Shown here: one piece after another, positions 58,142 to 64,000 of the stretch
Numbering within the stretch: the stretch's first letter is position 1
How the letters are laid out: every line of letters begins with the position of its first letter
IMG/VR virus record: IMGVR_UViG_3300020473_000020
Span: 32,001 to 96,000 of that record
Direction: 5' to 3' (one strand)
DNA from: a virus
DNA length: 64,000 bases
Position numbers and translations under genes: made by a program
The notes under the pieces: model-generated
Databases searched by the model: none
What the model was told of the DNA's origin: nothing
The model's input: only the letters and a program-made list of their open reading frames with translations

Positions 58142-59566
58142 ATGAGCACTAAAAAACTATCTGATAACATGCAGGTAAATATCCTGTCTATGCTGATTTT
58201 CGACCACGAGCATAGCAGTACCATCCATTCACTGGTTGACCCTAACTACCTTGATAACCGCGTTATGCGTGAGATCTGCCGCGAGGCTCAAGCATACATT
58301 AACCGCTATAAGGCACCACCTTGCGAGCACATTGCTGACCTTCTTGAGGATAAGCTTAAAGGCGATAAAGCTTCAATCCGAAAGATGTACGAAGACATCT
58401 TGTATGACCTGTTTGAACAGCGCGATTCTATTAACGGTCAGTTCGTGATCAACCAGCTTCGCGGCTTTATCCGTGGGGCGCACCTAAAGCGTGAGCTAGC
58501 CAGTGCAGTAGAACATCTTCAAAACGGTGACATTGAGCGCGCCGAGCTGAGCGTTAACCAAGCACTTAGACTCCCCGACGCTTCTTTGGATTTGGGTATG
58601 TTCTTCGGTGAAGACATTGAACGTACTTTATCGTTCCTTGAAGAAATGACCGATTGTTTCCCTACGGGCATCCCTGAGTTTGATAAAGCGGGCATTGGTG
58701 CGGTACCAAAAGAACTTCTAATCGTAATGGCACCACCGAATACGGGTAAGACGTGGTGTCTACTTAACTACACCAAGTTTGCACTGCTAGCTCGTAAAAA
58801 AGTACTCCACCTAACCCTTGAAATGCACGAGGGTCGTACGGCTCAACGTTACTTGCAAATGCTTTTCAGTATTTCGAAGCGTAACTCTGATGTACCTATC
58901 GTTGAAATGGAAAAGGACGACGATGGTAACTTACTTGGCATTGCGCCTTCGAATATTGAGCGTCCTGTGCTTGAGGGCAATGATGGCATCCGACATGAGC
59001 TGATCCACAAACTTAAATACCAAAAGCGTCTGCAACTGGTAATCAAGCAGTTCCCTACAGGTCAGCTGACAGTGCCTATGCTAGAGTCATACCTCGACCA
59101 GTTAGAGCGCCACAGCAATTTCGTACCAGACATGATCGTGATTGACTATGCTGACCTTATGAAACTCGACGTATCTAAGATGCGTGAAAGCTTAGGCCAG
59201 TTGTACAAAGATTTACGTGGTATCGCGGTAGACCGTAACCTCGCCATGGTAACAGCAACACAGACAAACCGTGATGGTGCTGATGTCGGGGTAATCACTG
59301 AAAAGCACGTAGCTGAGGACTTCTCGAAGATAGCGATAGCCGATAATATTATCTCACTCAACCAAACAGAAGCTGAGCGAGCACTCGGCCTAATGCGAGC
59401 GTACGTCGTAAAAGCACGTAATGACGAGAAGGGTTGGCAAGTTCTTATGACACAGGCATACCAAGCAGGTCAGTTCGTACTCGACAGTGTCCGAATGAAC
59501 GACAGTTACATTGACCATATCGAGTCCTTGAGCGAAACACAAAAGGCGATGGCCGACGTGGATTAA
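58142..59566 (+). CDS. dnaB: DnaB-like replicative helicase
   Basis: PTGIPEFD, APPNTGKT, TLEM, IDYADL, TATQTNR, KARN. Confidence 0.9.
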   Translation: MSTKKLSDNMQVNILSMLIFDHEHSSTIHSLVDPNYLDNRVMREICREAQAYINRYKAPPCEHIADLLEDKLKGDKASIRKMYEDILYDLFEQRDSINGQFVINQLRGFIRGAHLKRELASAVEHLQNGDIERAELSVNQALRLPDASLDLGMFFGEDIERTLSFLEEMTDCFPTGIPEFDKAGIGAVPKELLIVMAPPNTGKTWCLLNYTKFALLARKKVLHLTLEMHEGRTAQRYLQMLFSISKRNSDVPIVEMEKDDDGNLLGIAPSNIERPVLEGNDGIRHELIHKLKYQKRLQLVIKQFPTGQLTVPMLESYLDQLERHSNFVPDMIVIDYADLMKLDVSKMRESLGQLYKDLRGIAVDRNLAMVTATQTNRDGADVGVITEKHVAEDFSKIAIADNIISLNQTEAERALGLMRAYVVKARNDEKGWQVLMTQAYQAGQFVLDSVRMNDSYIDHIESLSETQKAMADVD

Positions 59567-59588
59567 ACAGGCGACATCTAAAAAACCA

Positions 59589-59617
59589 AAAAGAGCTTTC
59601 ATTAGCTCTTTTTTTTT
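59589..59617 (+). terminator. terminator after dnaB
   Basis: AAAGAGCT-TTCATT-AGCTCTTT with long T-run. Confidence 0.75.
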
Positions 59618-59983
59618 GCCTTGTTTTTAGGTTCTATAGGAAGCGCTGTAAGGTGTCGTAAAGCGCGTAGCGGTACATTGGCATCAAAATAGCGCGAACG
59701 CCGCGCACAGAAGCGCTGAGGTGGCCTAGAGGCGGTTTTAGGCCGCAGTTTTATCTTTAAGTTCAAGAAGTGAGACCGCTACAGCTACAAGTTACCTTTA
59801 TTTATAGGATCCATAGTAGCGACCGTCATCAAGTGATCGTACAACTTCCAACAATACCATGTTCTAGCTCACTCACACGTAACGTAGTGGAGTGGGAGTG
59901 TGGTAGGTTCACTTGTGAACCTACCCCCATCTGGTTGCATAATATGATTACGTTATGGGTTACGTTAGTTATCGTAATGTGTT

Positions 59984-60023
59984 CTTTCTAGATCTATCTT
60001 TCTAAATATACTTTCTAAATAAA
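59984..60023. repeat. three AT-rich 13-14-mers, candidate DNA unwinding element
   Basis: CTTTCTAGATCTAT, CTTTCTAAATATA, CTTTCTAAATAAA in tandem. Confidence 0.65.
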
Positions 60024-60083
60024 CTCTCCACCTTTTGAAATCGACCTACAGCCCTTGCACTGTCTGCGTTCTCCACTTTTTCA

Positions 60084-60177
60084 TTAATATTCGATCACGC
60101 ACTTTTTAATATTCGATCACGCACTTTAGAGGGTTCGTTAATATTCGATCACGCACCCTTAATATTCGATCACGCAC
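60084..60177. repeat. four identical 19-bp iterons (replication origin)
   Basis: TTAATATTCGATCACGCAC at 60084, 60106, 60138 and 60159, upstream of rep. Confidence 0.9.
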
Positions 60178-60486
60178 TTTTTGCCAGAGAAACACCCTCC
60201 AAATTAGCGTTATCTTTTGACCGTTTTGCTACCAAGCTTTGTGGGCTTCATTTCGTGAGATCCACAAGGAGTTGTACAATCCTTGACTAGCAGCCTGTAT
60301 AACTATTGTGCTTTCTGCAAAGACCATCCATTTTTTACTGGAATTTTAGCGCGTTAGTGGCTATTATCGGCCAGCTTTGTGATCGACCTGATCGCTGAGC
60401 ACTTAATGAGACTTGAGATACAAATTGGGCGAAGACCCAATAATGAGTGTTAAAGACCTTGAGGTCTTTTAATGTGAGACTATTAT

Positions 60487-61521
60487 ATGAGCTTAAAAAC
60501 AAACAGCTCGGCTGTTGCACCGCTGGTGGCCTATGCTCCATTTAGTGAGAGTTATAGCACCCCAACTAAGAAACGTAGTGCTAAGCCAAGCGTTGCCCAA
60601 ACAAACATAAACTTCTTGGATAAGCCGTTGTTTATACCATCGCGTTCGCTAGAAGACCCCGTAACAGGAATAAAAACCAAGCTAGACCAATGCCGCTATT
60701 ACAACGACGGTAATGGCTTTGAAATCCAAGCTATGGTTAATACCGAACTTAAAGCGCAAGGCTTTAAAGCATTCTTTGGACTGCCATCGTTCTTTGATAA
60801 AAAAGTGCTGTACATGCTCGCGTCACACCTGCCTGTATTTGATGTCAACCTAGCTGATGCTAAGAGTCTTCTAGATGACGACCATGAAGGTCTTATCCGA
60901 ACAGTTGAGATTACAAACATTCGAGGGTTCCTGCGTAGCATCGGAACTTCGACATGTGGTAAGCAGGTCTTGCACCTGAAAGAGGCGCTGCTACGTTGGA
61001 AAAATCTAATACTAAGCTTTCACAACAATTCATTGACGGTGTCAGCTGGTGAAGACGGTGACGTCGTTCGAACTGTTGTCGAGTCAAAGCGTATTGAGGT
61101 TCTTGACCGCGTCGAGTTCGTTGAAGGTGCCACAGGTAAGATACAATCAATTAAGGTTACCTTTAACCCCAACTTCCTGATCTGCAATAATGATAAGTTT
61201 TCTAGACGTGTGTCGCTGGATGTTTTTTGTAACCTAGCCAGACCCACAGCTGCTCGCCTCTATGAAATTCTTTCAAAGAACTTCTGGGGAACATCTGGCC
61301 GTAAGCTGTGCCGACGCACCCAAGCTCCAAAATGGAGCATAAACCTAGACAACCTTCTTGCTAAGATGGGGTCAAAATCTGATTACAATGCTAAGTCCAC
61401 AATCCGTAAGGCGATAAAAGAGATTAACGAAAAGGACGAGTCTTACTTGTTCCGCGTTGATTTTAGAACAGGTGTTGAAGGCCAAACGGTTGTTGATTTT
61501 GTTCGTCACAAAATGAGATAG
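60487..61521 (+). CDS. plasmid-type replication initiator (winged-helix Rep)
   Basis: FDKKVL, LKEALLRW, VTFNPNF, ARLYEIL, INLDNLLAKMG, IRKAIKEI; adjacent iterons. Confidence 0.72.
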   Translation: MSLKTNSSAVAPLVAYAPFSESYSTPTKKRSAKPSVAQTNINFLDKPLFIPSRSLEDPVTGIKTKLDQCRYYNDGNGFEIQAMVNTELKAQGFKAFFGLPSFFDKKVLYMLASHLPVFDVNLADAKSLLDDDHEGLIRTVEITNIRGFLRSIGTSTCGKQVLHLKEALLRWKNLILSFHNNSLTVSAGEDGDVVRTVVESKRIEVLDRVEFVEGATGKIQSIKVTFNPNFLICNNDKFSRRVSLDVFCNLARPTAARLYEILSKNFWGTSGRKLCRRTQAPKWSINLDNLLAKMGSKSDYNAKSTIRKAIKEINEKDESYLFRVDFRTGVEGQTVVDFVRHKMR

Positions 61522-61529
61522 GGCATAGC

Positions 61530-61826
61530 ATGAAAGACTTTTCACCGATCACCATCCCAAATTTTACGGGAATGGGAAGTATTAGTAATGACGGGCAGAA
61601 TGGTGCCCCATACGAATTGATGCTCGTCATCAAGAACCCAATTACTGGGCAGCTTGAAGAGGCTCAGTATTCACTCAGGTTGAGTAAAGTCGACGCCTTT
61701 GTCCGTTGGTCATTGAAGTGGTTTGGCTGGCCGCAGGGTTATGTCGAGCCACAGAAATTCGTTGTACAAGAGTTGTGTGTAACTCAAGACAGCATCGACG
61801 CAGCGAAAGACACGGCTGCTTCTTAA
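61530..61826 (+). CDS. hypothetical protein
   Basis: 98 aa ORF after rep. Confidence 0.55.
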   Translation: MKDFSPITIPNFTGMGSISNDGQNGAPYELMLVIKNPITGQLEEAQYSLRLSKVDAFVRWSLKWFGWPQGYVEPQKFVVQELCVTQDSIDAAKDTAAS

Positions 61827-61860
61827 AGTATTAACTGAACATTAAACAGGAGATTTTGAA

Positions 61861-62178
61861 ATGAGCAAAGTTATTGCTTGTACTGATGAAACGCTAAAGA
61901 CTGAGTCGAGTGAGGGCTTAGTGCTGATCGACTTCATGGCCGACTGGTGTAACCCATGCCAGCAACTTATGCCAATTCTTGATGAGGTGGCACAGGAGCA
62001 CGACGGTCAAGCTAAGATTGTTAAAGTTAACGTTGACCAATCACCAGCTTCTACAAAGGAGTACGGTGTCAGAGGTATTCCCGCACTGTTTATTGTCAAA
62101 AACGGTGAAATAGTGCAGCGCCTAGTGGGGCTACAAACAAAAGATGCGCTTACAAAAGCACTTAATAGTCACGCGTAA
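61861..62178 (+). CDS. trxA: thioredoxin
   Basis: DFMADWCNPC, KVNVD, GVRGIPAL. Confidence 0.92.
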   Translation: MSKVIACTDETLKTESSEGLVLIDFMADWCNPCQQLMPILDEVAQEHDGQAKIVKVNVDQSPASTKEYGVRGIPALFIVKNGEIVQRLVGLQTKDALTKALNSHA

Positions 62179-62205
62179 ACACGCGAGCGACGCGTAAGCG
62201 CTTGC

Positions 62206-62754
62206 TTACGCGTTTTTTGTAAATGTCATTTGTTCTTCGGCTTTTACTGAGTATAGACGTGCAGCCTTCTCAGTTAACTCAGCCTTCTCAAAGATTGCAT
62301 CTAGTAACGGTATTAAGTGCTGTGATTTCATGTCATCGTCTAGACCAAGCATAAGGTCGAATAAACCACCTTCATTTACGAGCTTAGTCTCAACCTCACC
62401 GAGCAATTGAATTAGTAAGGTAGAGATCTTTACCTTTGGTAGTAGGCGCTTAACGTCTACTTCTTCGAGATTAGCTGTTGTCGTACCTGCGTCAAATTTA
62501 CCACCCTGAGCTTTAACGCTCGGTGTAATCGCAAGTGCAATCTGCTCTAGACGTGTATCTATTTTATTTTTTTCTTGAATGAGTCGTCCCGCTGCTTCTA
62601 CAACGTTAGTAAGCTGACTGTTGCTAGCCACTTCCGTTTGATTTTCAGCAGAATCTTTGATTGATGTGCCAAGGATCTTTGCAAACCTATTTGCAGAACT
62701 TGTACGAGTCTCAATGCTCGTCGATGTCGCGTTGTCTACTAAAGCGTTAACCAT
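62206..62754 (-). CDS. hypothetical protein
   Basis: start likely MVNALV; convergent hairpin at about 62190-62214. Confidence 0.55.
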   Translation of the reverse strand: MVNALVDNATSTSIETRTSSANRFAKILGTSIKDSAENQTEVASNSQLTNVVEAAGRLIQEKNKIDTRLEQIALAITPSVKAQGGKFDAGTTTANLEEVDVKRLLPKVKISTLLIQLLGEVETKLVNEGGLFDLMLGLDDDMKSQHLIPLLDAIFEKAELTEKAARLYSVKAEEQMTFTKNA

Positions 62755-63641
62755 GGTATTGTTCTCTTTTTCATGTGCATCGCTTGTAACCACGTGCACC
62801 TCTTTAATAATCCGACAGAACCCATAAGGCGCTGTCCCATGAAAGTAATCCTAATGTCAAGTATAGTAAAACTTTATTATAGTCATATCCCTTATATACC
62901 GATTCAGAGTTTTTCAAGGAAGCTTTTTGTGAGTCTTAACACATTATTTACTTCTTTGGGATTTTTATGTCTCCGCTACCGATATGCGCACTTTACTTAA
63001 TACATTAATAAAGTGCAACCCCTATTACACAGTGCCACAGGGGATTAGCGCAGATTTTAGGCCATAAAACCACGTAGGTTTGTAACAAAGTTGCGTAATA
63101 TTAGAAACAGCTAATATGTCTGCGAACCCACGCATGGCGCACCCTAGAGAGGTTATTCGTTGTACAACAACTCGCTCACATTTTAAGCAAATATTTCCAT
63201 GAAAATATTTATAAAAAATATTTATTTTTTGTAATGCGTAGAACGCTAAGTCCTACTTAACTAGCCATTTAACCTATGTGCAGTAAGGGTTTTACCTTAA
63301 CCTAGGCTGACTAGCTCGCAAACAAAAATGTTGTTATTTTGTCGACGGGGTACATGAGCACGCTGCACATTAAATAGGCAAATCATTGTACAACGTTGTT
63401 GAGCTAGATGGGACGCTAAACTGATGCGTGAGCAGAGTATGGCACCCTTGGGTACTCGTGATTAACAATTAGCTAACACTGTGCTATTTAATGCAACTTT
63501 AGTTAGCAATTATCGCAACAAGCATATCACCTTGCATTTTTCTACTATACGCGTATTCTAGTCGCCCTATATTTTGCTGCAAGTTACTGTGCGGCAGTTA
63601 TATTGCTTAAAACGATACTAAAGATACTAAATAGGATTAAC

Positions 63642-64000
63642 ATGACCGATCTTCATAAAGAACTTCGACCGTCAAAGCTAGCCGAAGTCATCGGACAAGA
63701 CGCTGTCGCTACGTCGTTACAAAAATTAAAAGCAGAGAACCGTCTGCCGCACCTTTTCTTATTCACGGGCGGGTCAGGCATTGGTAAGACTACGTTTGCC
63801 CGTATTATTGGTAGTGAGCTTTTGGGTGTCACACCTAACAACCTTATTGAGGTCGATGCCGCCAGTAATTCAAAGGTTGAAGACGTTCGCGCATTGATGG
63901 CACAAGTCAAGAAGCGTGGTCTCGTTAAAGGCCAGAAAAAGATGGTTATTATAGATGAGTGTCACCGCCTTTCAGGTAATGCGTGGGATGCACTGCTAAA
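63642..64000 (+). CDS. dnaX: DnaX-like clamp loader subunit, partial (not in ORF track)
   Basis: MTDLHKELRPSKLAEVIGQ...FLFTGGSGIGKTTFARI...EVDAAS...IIDECHRLSGNAWDALL; AGGA RBS. Confidence 0.9.
   Translation, partial: MTDLHKELRPSKLAEVIGQDAVATSLQKLKAENRLPHLFLFTGGSGIGKTTFARIIGSELLGVTPNNLIEVDAASNSKVEDVRALMAQVKKRGLVKGQKKMVIIDECHRLSGNAWDALL

Noticed and set aside
60084-60177. CRISPR array
   Set aside because: Repeats are 19 bp with gaps of only 2-13 bp, no cas genes are present, and helical phasing next to a rep gene fits iterons
60237-60270. DnaA boxes near the origin
   Set aside because: Only imperfect matches such as AGATCCACA, inside a possible hairpin; too weak to call
797-63393. TTGTACAA as a codon or restriction-site artefact
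   Set aside because: Val-Val-Gln codons explain a few coding copies, but most sites are intergenic or promoter-linked, and restriction pressure would deplete rather than enrich the site
63653-63910. 85-aa minus-strand ORF from the track
   Set aside because: Antisense shadow of the plus-strand DnaX-like gene

Overview
This window is a segment of a large tailed dsDNA phage, probably a phage-plasmid of a gammaproteobacterium (inferred from sigma70-type promoters and a Vibrio/Alteromonadales-like transporter). The left half holds a distantly T4-like head module: major capsid protein, a prohead protease fused to a scaffold, portal and terminase, interrupted by accessory genes including a DAACS transporter. 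The middle holds an NAD-dependent ligase, primase, nucleotide-metabolism genes and a three-gene operon for a tandem AAA+ ATPase and a metallopeptidase/acidic-linker/VWA protein. The right half holds a bacterial-style replisome: family A polymerase with a UDG-like domain, beta-clamp-like protein, SNF2 helicase with a class 3 intein, 5'-3' exonuclease, DnaB and a partial DnaX. It also holds a plasmid-type Rep gene beside four GATC-containing iterons. The most unusual signals are: about 39 copies of the palindrome TTGTACAA, often on promoters; a separately promoted tRNA-like RNA whose anticodon loop is replaced by a UNCG tetraloop; a Hel308/Ski2-like helicase split after motif VI with an intein-like tail; and a strand-oriented ATTGAGAC leader motif. 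No tail genes, integrase, RNA polymerase or CRISPR array are visible. All calls come from reading motifs by eye; no database searches were run.
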